Shown piece after piece: positions 26,982-39,934 of a DNA stretch of 64,000 nt; position 1 is the first letter of the stretch, and each line of letters starts with the position of its first letter. The DNA lies in the NCBI GenBank assembly GCA_951406725.2, contig OX597819.1:37758001-37822000 (forward strand). Direction: 5' to 3'. This DNA is from Octopus vulgaris. Its lineage: Eukaryota. Made by a program: the position numbers and the translations under genes. The notes under the pieces were generated by a model, which ran no database searches, was not told the DNA's origin, and worked only from the letters and a program-made list of their open reading frames with translations.

Positions 26982-27481
26982 GGATCTTTTCGGTTTGAAC
27001 GGCAGTTTTTAACATAATTTCTAGGTAACTAAAAAATTTTAAACTTCGTATACTGGTAGAATGTGTTTATAAAATATCTTTTTCTCTTGGCTTTATTGAG
27101 AAAATTCTATAGTTTGTAAGATATTTGTTGTTCTTTTTCTTCAATTTCTGCAATTTCAACCAATCACTGACGTCCATTGAGGTAAAAAAAAAACATGCTG
27201 TGCTCTATGAATATGTCCCTCGTTTAAGAAACAGATTGGGTTTATTTACATTTGTGAAGAAAAAGAGATATGTTTTTTTACCACAATACACGTCATTGAT
27301 TGGTTGAAATTGCAGAAATTGAAGCAAAAAAACAACAAATATCTTACAACCTATAGAATTTTCTCAATAAAGCCAAGAGAAAAAGATGTTTTATAAACAC
27401 ATTCTACCAGTATACGAAATTTTAAATTTTTTAGTTACCTAGAAATTATGTTAAAAACTGCCGTTCAAACCGAAAAGATCC
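26982..27481. mobile_element. Symmetric variant of the GGATCTTTTCGG-TIR MITE
   Basis: Same TIR as the 46124-61587 copies, but both arms (~190 bp) are the right arm. No TSD. Confidence 0.85.
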
Positions 27482-28214
27482 AAAATATATATTTATTGTG
27501 TATCAATATTTCAATAGTTAAGGCTGCAAGTTGGCAGATTCGTCAGCACACCGCAAAACGCATAGCGGCTTTCTTTTATGGCTTTATGTCCTGTGTTCAA
27601 ATCTTGCCTAGGTCAAACTTCGCCTTTCATCCTTTTGGGGTTTGTAAAATAAGTACCAGCAAACCACTGAGGTCGACGTAATCGACTGCCCCCACTCCGT
27701 CTTTGCCCCCTCCCCCACAAAAAATTAGGTCTTGTGCATGGTGTAGAAAGAAATATTTCAACAGTTAAAACAGCTCTCTTTATTATTATTATTGCTTGTT
27801 TGACTTCCGTTCGGCCCACAAACATCTACGATCAAAGCTGATCTATCCAAGACCTTTCTGTCTTTTTTTTCTTTTTTTTTAGACATCGTGTATCCATTTT
27901 TAAAAAATCTTATTTTGACCTTTTGCCTGTCCAAAGCATTTTCATAAGTTTGTCCAAAGCGTCTATACTTGTTTTCAGATTTTTCGTTAGCTCTTGTTTC
28001 ATGTTCTGAGTAATAGAAGTTCCATGTTACTGTATGGGTTGAAAAAAAAAACTGGATATGTGTATCACATATGATGCATAAATGCCTGGGAAAACTTTTT
28101 ATTTCCATACATAACATATAAACATGTACATCTTTTAGAACATTGTCATTTCATAAGATTTTGCTGGCAAATTTTTAAATTAACAGAAACATTTATTTAC
28201 ATGAAAAAAAATTA

Positions 28215-29890
28215 CCGGAGAACTTTCATCTACTTCTTCCATGGAGACTGTTGTAGAAAGACCTTGGTGGGGCCCACTTCAAGGCTTTTAAAACGTTGTT
28301 CGAGGTTAGCTAGTTTGGATCTAAAGATGGACTCAAGAGCTAGGTCAGTAATTGGGGATCCAAGGGAGCACGAAGCTGATGACGGAGGAATCGCAATTGA
28401 GGGGAGTCAACAAATAGTTTAGTAGTCTGCTCATGCAAAGCTGGGTGATTGAGGAGCCAGAGCTCGCATTTGGAGCTGTTAACGCCGAGACCTCTACGAC
28501 TAAGTTCCTCGATCATCGTCCGCGCAGTTGCAAGCTCCTTGTCAGAAGGGCCTCCCAAACAAGCATCATCAAGGTACCAGACATTTAGGTCTAGGTCGGC
28601 TCCCATCTTGGTAACATCATCAATACCCAATGCGAATAGGGCAGGACCAAGTGGATCACCCTGTTGGACTCCACAGGCAGATGGGATGAAGTGGTCACCA
28701 AACGAGAGGCAGGAGGTCTCCCGATAGGCTTGCCAAGCAAAGTGATAAAGTGGTGGTGAATTCTCCCTTACTGCGCAGATGATGACGTCTCGACTGGCGT
28801 AGTTAAAAGCATTCTTAAGGTCAAGTTTGAGGATGACCTTTGGGGGACTCAGAGGGCAAGTTGGTGAAAGCCCTAGTGGCATGAGCAGCAGCCTCACATC
28901 CTAGCTTAGTACCCACTCCTAGCTGAACAGGGGAAAATTCCTCGGTCAGGAAGTTAGAAACTGAGGACAGGCACACTTTTGCCGTGAGCCGTCGCAGAGT
29001 ACAACCAACTGCTATGGGGTGGAGGTCACCGTTGGGCTTGGTGAGACCAAATAGTTTGACACCCCCCCCCAAAAAAAAAACAGGGAACGAATGTAGGCAA
29101 AGACACTCTCGAACGAGAACAGGTTTATGAACTGTGTTAGATTCTCCAAGAGTTCGAACTAGCTGACAGGGAGATACCATCCTTGAGATGCTGAGGTCGT
29201 AAGCCATCGATCCTAGCACCAGAACCTGCTGGAAAAGAGGCAATTGCCCACATGACATTGTCAGGGATGAAGATGGGTTGTAGAAAACTTGGTAGATTGG
29301 GCCAGTGTAAGTGATCATCTGGAGGGGGCCGAAGGATGTTTCTCTTTCAGTTGGTCGAGGGAGTCTGTAGTACACGGGACAAGGGAGGACAGAGAGGAAA
29401 GTAGGCGAACAGCCCTTTAATGTCAAATTCGCTGAATTTGGCATTAACAGCCTTCTTCAAGTAAGGTGGTCGACCATTGTTCGGGGTTGAGCTGATGACT
29501 GACCTAAGATGAACAGTGGTTTCAGGTAGATTAGAACAGCTCGAACTGCCGTTTCAGGGAAAAAGTGAGGGACCCACTTTTCCCATTCGTCGTGTGGAGT
29601 GAGACCAAAGGGAACAGGAAGAGTTTCTGCCAATCCGAGGTGTTGTTGGATTGGCAGACATTCTTCAGTAGTTTCGAGAAAACATGGGCGAAACAAGTCC
29701 GAGCACCCTTAGGGATCTGATTGACGAGCTTCAGCTTGGACAAACCCTGGAGGGCGGCAGCAAAATATTCAACAGGGATCTGGACTTCAGAGCAAGATTC
29801 TATCCTACTAAGGATGTCGCTGTTCACTGATCAAATCCCGGTTGTCAAATCATCCCCTCCGAATTTGTCTATTGTCTAATGCCGGATCAA
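28215..29890 (-). mobile_element. Decayed CRE-clade non-LTR retrotransposon (RT region)
   Basis: Motifs IPKGAR, LHPIAVGCTLRRLTAK, QLGVGTKLGCEAAAHA, KLDLKNAFN, GVQQGDPLGPALF, WYLDD and LLGSPI across several frameshifts. Confidence 0.85.
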
Positions 29891-30174
29891 AAGGAATCTC
29901 GTCCGAAGTCTTATTTTTCCTTTTTGTATGTACAGCTTGAGTCGATAAAATAAAGTACCTATCAAATAATGGGTTGATATCATCGACTGTTTACTCCCCT
30001 TAAACCTGTTGTATTGTTTCGAAGTTAGAAAATACGGCGTTTTTTAGAAGCTCTTTGAAAGTGAAAATGTTTACTATCTTTAAAACAGCGACGCAAAACA
30101 TTATTGCGCGATATCTAAAACTTTTTATCTTGCATCACTGTTTGGAGTGGGGATGATGCGTGTGTAATTGTTTA

Positions 30175-30951
30175 GAAATTTCGATAAATTTTTATATTAA
30201 CACCGCACGATTTTCACTACGAAAAAAAAAAAAAAAACTCGGATTTTTTTTGTGTGGAATCAAGTACTCTGACCTTCCTAATAAGCTGCAAATCCCTTAT
30301 TTTGGCCCGGAAAAATAGTGGGTGGGGGGACCCCTCTCCATCCCGGAATCATTGGAAATTTTTTTTTTTTCGTTGAATGCATTCCTGTAACCTATTATGC
30401 TACAAAACCCTTGTTGGGGTCCGAAAAACGGGGTGGGGTGAGGTGGAAACCTCAGAAATTTCACCCCCATCCCCATTGATCTTTTCACCCGCACGATTTT
30501 CACTAAGGAAAAAAAATATTAAAATCGCGCCCAAACTAATTTGTGTGTGTGGGCGGGGGTGGGGGGTGGAAGAAAGATTAACGATTTAAAATACATATAT
30601 AAACGATTTAAAATAAATAAATAAGCGATTTAAAATAAATATATCTTAATTGTTGTGTGAGAAAGTATATATATTCTGATGACAAAACATCCTAAATTTA
30701 TAGACTATATCTTATGTGTTTAAGAAAAAAAAACATTTTACAGAAATAAATTTTCCAGAGTGTGAATTACATGGTTCGTTATTAAATATATCCCACCTCG
30801 CCCCCCTTTTTTCCGAACCAAAATAAGGGATTTGCAGCATATTAGGAGGTCAGGGTACTTGATTCCACGCAAAAAATTCCGAGTTTTTTTTTTTTTTTTC
30901 TTTCTTAGTGAAAATCGTGCGGGTGTTAATCTAAAAATTTACCGAAATTTC
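30175..30951. mobile_element. Long-TIR MITE, possibly Mutator-like
   Basis: ~145-bp arms (30175-30318 and 30807-30951). Flanks aattgttta and agttgtttt match at 7 of 9 positions. Confidence 0.7.
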
Positions 30952-31569
30952 AGTTGTTTTCCCTTTCTGTCTGTTTTATCTTTTAGTCCATGTGACCTTT
31001 TTACAAAACCTCAGGGTGTGATGGAAAGGAGACAGATATCCTCAAAGCAAAGAAGGGCCCCGCGTGCTTGCAATAAGAGTAAACTTCGCTAAAGACACCC
31101 AAAGTTCTAAGGAGGTTAAACCTCCTTGGAATGGCGGATTAAGTTTACCACCTAAATAGTCTATGGCACGAGTTGATCTCTCAGAGCGGAAACAAATATC
31201 GCAAGGCATCATCCGATAGATTGGTACTTTTTTATGAGCCCTGAAATGATAACGAAGTTGACGTCGGTGCAATTTGTGCAGAGAATCGGAACATACCCCA
31301 AGGCATTCTGACTCTATAACGATTCCTTACAAGTTAAGCAACTGCATAAATTATTCCGTTTTTATGTTTGTAAATTCAAACACAAGAATAATTTATTTAC
31401 TTAAACATTAATTTGCCTTGCGCAATGATCCTTTATGTAACTACATTTACTGATTTCGTTACGTTTACCATCAATTTGAGCGGGTTGCATTCTTTTTTTT
31501 TTTTTTCTGAAATAAAACATTCACTCGAATTGGAGCTTTCCTTTCAGTTTCGCAAATAAATAATAGCAA

Positions 31570-32065
31570 TAATAATAGTTTCCAGTTTAGGCACAAAGGC
31601 CAGCAGTTTTGAAGGAAGGAGTTTAATCCGTTACATCAATCCCTGTTCTAAGACTTACTTTACCGAGTTTGGGTAGATGAACAGCAAAGTTGGTCACGTA
31701 AAGAATCGTTACAAGAGATTGCAAAGCATTTTGTCCGCCACTCTAACGTTCTCGATAATTATTTCTAATACAGACACATGCCTGGAATTTGAGGCAGCGG
31801 GTTCAATGTTTAACTGATACTATATTTTATCAATTCTAGGAGGGCGAAAGGCAAACTGGACCGCGGTGAGATTTGAACCGTGAACATAAAGAGCTAAAAT
31901 TATTATTTCTAATTTAAGCACAAAGCCTGCAGTTTTGAGGAAAGGGAGTAAGTATCATTTGACTGATGCTTTATTTTACCGACCCTAGAGGGATGAAATA
32001 CAAAGCTGACTTTAGCAGGATTTGAACTCATAAGATAACTGAATCTTGCTCGTTGCTCTAACGCC
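31570..32065 (-). mobile_element. Tandem decayed family A SINEs
   Basis: Repeated reverse-complement core (...gatgaa...aaag.tgac...atttgaac). Confidence 0.6.
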
Positions 32066-32999
32066 CTTAACCAATAAACGGGGTGGTGTAGGGGTTGCAT
32101 AAATGTGTGTCAAAAGAGCAAAAACAAGAATATTTTCCTTAAAGATAATTTTTTTTTTTTACTTATTTTCACTTTGCATGAACACACACAAAAAAACTAT
32201 CAAATGATATTTTAACTCTCTTAAATTATAAAAATAAAGACAATAGGGCAATAAAATCATTGGAGCATAATTGAGATTCCCGCGTTGTTATTGTCAAGCG
32301 AATGTACAAATGCAGAAAATTCGGTGCACTTTTTCTCATTCAGAGCTAGTTGAAGTGTCACTTTCTTCTGTGCTATCATCATCTATCTTATCTGATGATG
32401 AAGGAACGTCAGAAAAGAACTTCTGCTGTATAAAACCGTCCATTTGCGACTTGATTTCTCCCATCGATAAGAGTCGCTTACGCTTAGGCGCATTTGACGA
32501 AGTTGACGCTCGGGCGTCAGTTGATTATTGCCGTATCCATATGAAAATTCTGAAACATCAATTAACGATGCCCGCTATTCTCTAGTGAAACATCAATCGA
32601 TGGTGTCTCTTATATAGGTACACAGTCTGAAATTTGGGGTAACTAGTTAGAGTGATATCATTGATATCTACGTATTTAACTGATATTTTATTTTATTGAC
32701 ACTAGAAAAAAATGAAAGATAAATTTGACCTCCGAATGGTTTGAACTTAGAACATAAAAGTTCCAAACAAATAGTGCAAAGTATTTTTTTGACGATTCTG
32801 CTAACCCATTTCTGTCAATCATGATAGGATAATGGTTCAGCAATAAGAAGTTTAAACAAGTGAACATAACATTGTTATAGAGATAATAGTTTTAAGTAAT
32901 TGAAGAAGACCATCGTAATTTACTCAAATCAAAAGAACAGCAAGTCCATGAAATAAACAATTAAAGAGTATATTGTTCATGAATGGCAATAATAATTCT

Positions 33000-33202
33000 G
33001 GTACTAGTAGCGTAGACTGGACCCGGTTTGCGCACACGCGCAGACGTACGTCCGTGCTAGCTAGACATAGGCAGTCGATCCTACGAGCTGACTGGCGCCT
33101 GTACGATATATACTTGTATATTTACGATATATACAAGTATATATCGTATACAAGTATATATCGTGTGTGCGCAAACCGGGTCCAGTCTACGCTACTGGTA
33201 CC
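33000..33202. mobile_element. 203-bp MITE, 38-bp TIRs, 9-bp TSD (Merlin-like)
   Basis: TIR ggtactagtagcgtagactggacccggtttgcgcacac (1 mismatch between ends). TSD aataattct at 32991-32999 and 33203-33211. Confidence 0.9.
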
Positions 33203-35261
33203 AATAATTCTTTCGCATACTTGACCACCATTATGCTTATACCCCAAGCGAAATCCAGCCGGAAACATGTTATTTGTATAAATAGATCTGGTTGTCTGGA
33301 GTGAAACTTCTGTAACAACTCGCTATCTTTAAGCTAGCCTGCTAACGCTTGTGTGTGTGTTACATGCAGGCATAGCTGTGTGGTTAAGAAGTTAAATTCG
33401 CAACCATCTCGATTCATATTCCACTCCATTGAACAGCTCTATAACAGAATTATATACATACAATTGTTTTGTATCTCGAGTTGAGCGAAAGTAGTTGATG
33501 TATATGTTGCAGAAGCCCATCATATATATGCATATGTAGGTCTGTGTTGATGTTTATCTTAGTCTTTAAAACATACTTATTAAAGTAAAATGACTGAAAT
33601 GTGTACCTGAGTCGTTATGATGGACTAAAGGCAGTGGCCCTGCATGACAGCAGCCCAGTGACTGAAACTAGTAAAAGATTACATTTATGCATACATGTTT
33701 GTAATTCCTTCATTACTATATTACTAATTTCTACATACCTGGCGAAAATTCTCTCACAATCTTTGAATTCTTTATGTGAATTATCTTGATTTTGAGTTTG
33801 CACTGAAGACGGCTGCCCATATTCACGTGGTAGAGTCCAGGTTTCACAGGAAAGTTGAGCTTGTCGTTCTGCCGAAATGTGTCTTTTTTAACATGACCAT
33901 TTATCGATATAGGTTTTAAAGAACAGGCCTAAAATCATTGTTGATTTTCAAGCCGGATATTATATATAAGCAGCTGTTCGTCAGGGGTCAGCATTAATAA
34001 GCATCTGTCAACAACAATTGGGTGAAGATAGAATCAGTTCACACAAGCGATGAGATAATGAAATACGAAAAAGAGACAAGAGCTAGATAAGAAGAAATTG
34101 AAGCTATAATTGAAAATTGAATTACATTGAAAAAAAAAAAAAAAAAAGACGTTTCGTAAAAGAATATAATACTCTTTATCTATTAAAATCTAATTGATAC
34201 CTTTACGCTTTTCAACGTGTAATTTGCGAGGTTAGGAAGTTTTAACTTCTGCTGATCAAGAAAAGATGTTCTAATTTTATAAAGTGATTGGACGTTGTCG
34301 TCTTTTGCAATATTGCATTTGTCATTAAAAATAATGTAATTTTATTTTATATTACTTTGGAATGGCTATAAATTCATCGAGAGTGTAAGTAGATGAACAT
34401 TTATATCTATCATAGTTACTTTTTACACTGTTCTTCTGCAAAAATCGACGATTAGGCCAACTAACTGGTGACTTTTTACTCCACTGGCAATCAAAATACT
34501 GCTAAGTTTCAGGGAACGGTTGCGGATTTCCTCCAAAATAAGATGGAAATGATTATTGACAAAACAAATTATATTGCATGTTCAATATACTGGACACTGA
34601 GTTTCTATCTAATCACTTGATTCGCTAGAAATAACAACTACATCTCACTCAAAGTACACTGTATTGTCTTTAAAAAACATGACACAGATAAGAAAAGAAA
34701 AAGACAAGGCTGCTTGATCATAGATGACCTGGGACCAAACAACAACCGCCATATGAACTTCCCTTTGACTGAGGAAAAATGCATCTTATAAAATACTAGC
34801 AGTGTAGGTAGGACTTTTGAAGTAAGAGTTTAACTTAGATATCGTCAGTCTCTGAATTAGTTGTTGCTAAAATAGCGCGAGACATCGTTGCAATCTTTTG
34901 TTGAACGCTCAGTGGTTATCGTAACGCTAAAGGAAACTGAAAGTAGATCACGATGGTGAAATTATTTGCCCCAAACATAATATGGTTCCTTCTTTCGCAA
35001 TGCTAATTCTCGGACATTGTATACTCCTCTTTCAACAATTAACTTCGAGGAATTTAAATTAAGTATCAATCAAATCTAATTAACTTCTACGTATAGACTT
35101 CAGTTTATACGGCCAATATCCAAAAGCTTAGACTGCTTATTATATGAAAAACATTTCCAAATGTTATTGAGTCCGTTCATACACGTCATCGTTACACACA
35201 AACACGCACATATTCACAAGGTGATTGAGAAGTTACTTTTTGCATTTAAATAATATATATA

Positions 35262-35457
35262 TATTTCTTTATTGCCCACAAGGGGCTAAACATAGAGGGG
35301 ACAAACAAAGGGATTCAGTTGATTACATCGCCCCCCCCCCCAGTGCGAAACTGGTACTTTATTTATCGACCCCGAAAGGATGAAAGGTAAAGTCGACCTC
35401 GGCGGAATTTGAACTCAGACCGTAACGACAGACGAAATACCGCTAAGCATTTTGCCG
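35262..35457 (-). mobile_element. SINE family A, 5'-truncated
   Basis: Reverse complement of 10950-11180. Confidence 0.85.
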
Positions 35458-35673
35458 TTTATGTTGTGATGTTTATATGCACATTCGGTTCTCTCTCTCC
35501 TTTCTTTCGTTCTCTCCATTTTCCCGCTCATCCCTTTCTGTCGAAGAGCGTAAGCTGAAAGCGTCAAAGACTTCCATTTTTTCCGAACGTCAAACTAATA
35601 CACCTGCGTGTTGTTTCCTAACCTGCCTTCGTCTTTTGTCTTCTGTACATTTGAGCTATATATATGTGTGTGT

Positions 35674-35965
35674 GGAGGCGCAATGGCCCAGTGGTTAGGG
35701 CAGCGGACTCGCGGTTGTAGGATCGCGGTTTCGATTCCTAGATCGGGCGTTGTGAGTGTTTATTGAGCGAAAACACCTAAAGCTCCACGAGGCTCCGGCA
35801 GGGGGTGGTGGCGATCCCTGCTGTACTCTTTCGTCACAACTTCTCTCTCTTTCTTCTGTTGGCCTGCTCGCTTAGCCAGCGGGGTGGCGTCATCTGAAGG
35901 CTAAAACAATGCGAAGCGCATTGTGACCAGCGATGTGTAGCAACATCTGATAGCCTGATCGGTCA
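35674..35965 (+). mobile_element. tRNA-derived SINE (family C2)
   Basis: A-box tggcccagtgg and B-box gtttcgattcc; a deleted copy lies at 41196-41411 (-). Confidence 0.85.
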
Positions 35966-35980
35966 TTATATATATATATA

Positions 35981-36506
35981 GTGGTGATAGATCTCCGTCG
36001 TTCGACTATGACGGTTCACTTTGTCCGATCAGCTGCTCTTTAATTTACATGTAAGTAGCTTAGCATTCCACAGACACGTGTAACTTCAAGTAGAATCAGT
36101 GTAACCAGGCTTTATTTTTTTTTAGTTACAGGTACAATCCACCCGGAGGGCTTCTATATAGTTTCTGTCGATTCAGTTCAATTTCGAAGCTATAGAACAT
36201 GACAGTTGCCCAGGATACCACACATTGAAGTTGAACCGGGAACCAAGTGCTTGCGAAACAAATTTCTTAACTATTCGGCTATATTGTGCATACTCTCTCC
36301 CTCTTTGCCCCTCCAACCTCTTGCAGTATCTATCTATCATGTTAGAGTTGTTGAATATTTACATGAGATTCTAGGCAACTGATTCTACTTGAAGGTACAC
36401 GTGTCTGTAGAATGCTAAGCTACTTGCATACAAATTCAAGAGCACGAAATTCAGCTGATCAAACAAAGTGAACCGGCATAGTCGAACGACGGAGATCTAT
36501 CACCAC
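35981..36506. repeat. Inverted repeat, ~120-bp arms
   Basis: 35981-36100 pairs with 36378-36506. Confidence 0.9.
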
Positions 36507-36517
36507 CATATATATAT

Positions 36518-36553
<36 letters not shown>

Positions 36554-36987
36554 GTGTATGTATGTATGTAGGGTGAAAAATTGAATATTAATTTGATTAA
36601 TATCAATTTAAAACCAGTGGCCTAGCATATTGAAAAATCTGAAGATTCAGAAAAATTATATTTCATACATATAAGAGTGATGACCACTAAACGGACATTT
36701 CTTAGTGGTAAGACTTCTAGCATAATGGATCTCCACTTAGTGGTCATCCCTGTTATATGTACAGACACACACACACACACATATTTTGAGGTCTGTTTTT
36801 ACTGCCTGCATCATCGTGTTTGCATTAAGTTAATTGGTTACTGCTGATCATTAGTTAGTCAATATCAAATACATATACGCGCGTGCGAGTGTCTTTTGAC
36901 AGAGATATGGAGTTGATCAGGTATGGGGCAACTTTTTCCGAGAAGCATGCTTTAATCATGGTTCATCATCAGGTGGACCACGCTTCT

Positions 36988-37019
<32 letters not shown>

Positions 37020-37417
37020 AAGAGAGGCTGCTCTTCTTGGAATGATATACAACGCAATATGTATTTTCAAATATTGAAATAGATCTACGTGGAGGTGTAT
37101 GAGGTTAAAGCTAGCTTAGGATAGCAGCGTTTGAGTTATTATGGAAAGGACTAATCGCTTTGTTGGGTTCTCTGGTTCATGAACAGGACCAAAGAGAGAG
37201 TTAATGATTTTATTGAATTTTTCTCACATATCAGGTTACTTAAGAGTTGCCTCCCTTCTCAATGTATAGATTAAAAAAAAATATAGATATAGTATAAGCA
37301 AGTATAAGTAACTGAACTACATGGTAATAATAATCATGTTTGGAAACTAACGATAATGTAAATTGTAAACTATATAGTCGACTAAACTCTGAAGAGAAAT
37401 GCACTTGTCAAAATACA

Positions 37418-37830
37418 GCGCAGGAGTGGCTGTGTGGTAAGTAGCTTGCTTACCAACCACAAGGTTCCGGGTTCAGTCCCACTGCGTGGCACCTTGCGCA
37501 GGTATCTTCTACTATAGCCTCGGGCCGACCAAAGCCTTGTGAGTGGATTTGGTAGACGGAAATTGAAAGAAGCCTGTCGTATATATGTAGATATATATAT
37601 ATATGTATGTGCATGTGTGTATATGTTTGTATGTCTGTGTTTGTCCCCCAACATTGCTTGACAACCGATGCTGGTGTGTTTACGTCCCCATAACTTAGCG
37701 GTTCAGCAAAAGAGTCCGATAGAATAAGTACTAGGCTTCCAAAAAATAAGTCCTGGGGTCGATTTGCTCGACTAAAGGCGGTGCTCCAGCATGGCCCCAG
37801 TCAAATGACTGAAACAAGTAAAAAAGAGAA
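37418..37830 (+). mobile_element. Full-length SINE, family B
   Basis: Colinear with 12200-12640. Confidence 0.9.
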
Positions 37831-38474
37831 TGTCAAAGTTGAATTTTCTTTTTCTGTCTGTCAGTTGACTGTGGGCCATGCTGGGGCACTGACCTCAAAG
37901 ATTTAGTTGAACAGATCGAACCCAGGTACTTACCATTTTTTTAAAAAGTCTGGTACTTATTCTGTCAATCTCTTTGACTATACGGCTAAGTTACGGGAAC
38001 GTAAACAAACCAACACCAGTTTTCAAGAGGTGGAGGAGGACAAACACAGTACAGTAACACACACACAGACGATTGTTTGTGTTGGAAATTTGTAAGCAGT
38101 TCAAAAATAGATCTGATGAAACTAAGGGTGATGACTTGTGTTGGAAGTTATTATGTATCATAAACAATTTAAAAATGGATCTGATGAAACCAAGGAGAAT
38201 AATTTGTAGTGGCTCTTAGTGTGTATCTGCAATTTAAAAAATAGATTTGGTGAAACTAATGATGATAGTCTATGCTGGCAATCAGTGTGTACAACTAGAT
38301 GGTACTAATTTTTAATTTCTGGTTGCGTAAATGTATTTCTTTTGTCTTTTAGACTTGACTACACAATGTCACGATAAAATATTTCAGCCTATGTAAGTCT
38401 TAGCTGTAAACCTCCTGCATGAAAAAATTTCAAGAGGATTTGGACCCTAGAAGCCTCAAATCAAGAATTCTGTT

Positions 38475-38662
38475 ATCATCATCATCATCATCATCATCAT
38501 CGTTTAACGTCCATTTTCCATGCTAGCATGGGTTGGACGGTTCAACTGGGGTCTGGGTAGCCAGAAGGCTGCGCCAGGCCCAGTCTGATCTGGCAGTGTT
38601 TCTATAGCTGGATGCCCTTCCTAATGCCAACCACTTCGTGAGTGTAGTGGGTGCTTTTTACA
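38475..38662 (-). mobile_element. RTE LINE 3' tail
   Basis: (CAT)n followed by cgtttaacgtcc..., the reverse complement of the RTE tail. Confidence 0.8.
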
Positions 38663-39239
38663 TCATGTTAAAATGTTTTTCAACATTTTTTAATAGAAAG
38701 AAACAACAACAAGACATTAGCAGTAACACACACACACGTACATGCAACACTCAAAAAGTCATTCATAATAGTCACTTACTTTGTCCATGAACACATTCAC
38801 ACACATACATACATACAAAATTTAGACATAGAGTGGCATGATTACACATACAAACACACCTCTGAATCGTGTGTGTTTTACATATAATGCCAAAATACAC
38901 TTTTCATCTTGAGTACTTTCCCAATATACTTTTAAAATCGTCAGTAAAGTAACAAGTCTTTGTAATTCATCTATAATTATTATTAACATCATTTTCATCA
39001 TGAGGTGGTAGGAAAAGTCAAGTGACAGATTGAATGCTTTACAGTATTTAGTTACTTCCCTTGATCATAGTTCAAATTATTTTGCAGCTGAGTGACTTTT
39101 GCCTCTCTCATCATTCTGGGATCAATAAAATACGGGGTGTTTGTACTAGAGAGCATAAAGATTAAAGTTGTAGTTGAGAAAAAGTTAGCTGATATGGAGG
39201 ACTGGAAGCTATTTAAATATTGGAAGAAAGTTAGTTGTA

Positions 39240-39760
39240 TCATAATGACTCCTAGTGGGTATCAAAATGTTCACATCATGACTGCTTCTCAATACTCTAT
39301 GTAGAGGCTGTAAAATGTGACATGGACATCCTGTAAATCAAGTTCCCTGAGACTGTAATGGTCTTTGGGTGTGTCTCCAGTGAGTTTGATAACATGCTAC
39401 CCTACAGCTTTGAACAGAGTCTCAGGCTCAATTCAGATGGCTATGTGAAACTGCTGGAGACTAATCAATCCTGGGTAGAGAGGATTGCTGTTGGAAGGCA
39501 ATATGTGTGGCAGCAAGATCTAGTTCCTTACCATACCTCCTGAAAGAGTCAGAAGTGGTTGTCAGAGAATTTCTACGACTTTACCAGCCCCAATTTCTAG
39601 CCTTCAAATTCCCCTGATTGTAATCCCATGGATCATTATGTGTGGACTGTGGTTGAGAAAAACAACAACTGCTCTGCCTGCAACACAAAGGCTGGGTCAA
39701 TGGCCAAAATCAAGAAGGTGCTGAAAAAATCTTCTGAAAGACATGGTGTGACATCATCCT
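39240..39760 (+). pseudogene. Tc1/mariner DD37D (maT-type) transposase remnant
   Basis: Single frame VWQQD-LVPYHTS*...*PSNSPDCNPM-DHYVW, with 37 codons between the two Asp residues and two in-frame stops. Confidence 0.85.
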
Positions 39761-39934
39761 TGGAAATATTTTTCCTTTTTGCAACAATGGTTACAGCATT
39801 GATATACCCAGGTGTGATCCAGTGACTCTGCTGCCTGTCCAACCATTCAAAAAATCTTGCAAATGGAGTTCTATGCATTTTGACTGATGTTTCACAAGGA
39901 AGATGTCAATCTTTTGCACAGCTGATGTACTTGC

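Noticed and set aside
33822-33890. CTGAAGAcggc...gccGAAAtgtgtc hammerhead-like motif
   Set aside because: No stem I pairing, so it is at most a dead relic.
34362-38392. MAINSSRV/gtaagt exon joined to the 38353-38392 exon as the CSKMT N-terminus
   Set aside because: Joining them gives an in-frame stop, and the phases do not match the phase-1 acceptor at 42023. They could still be UTR exons.
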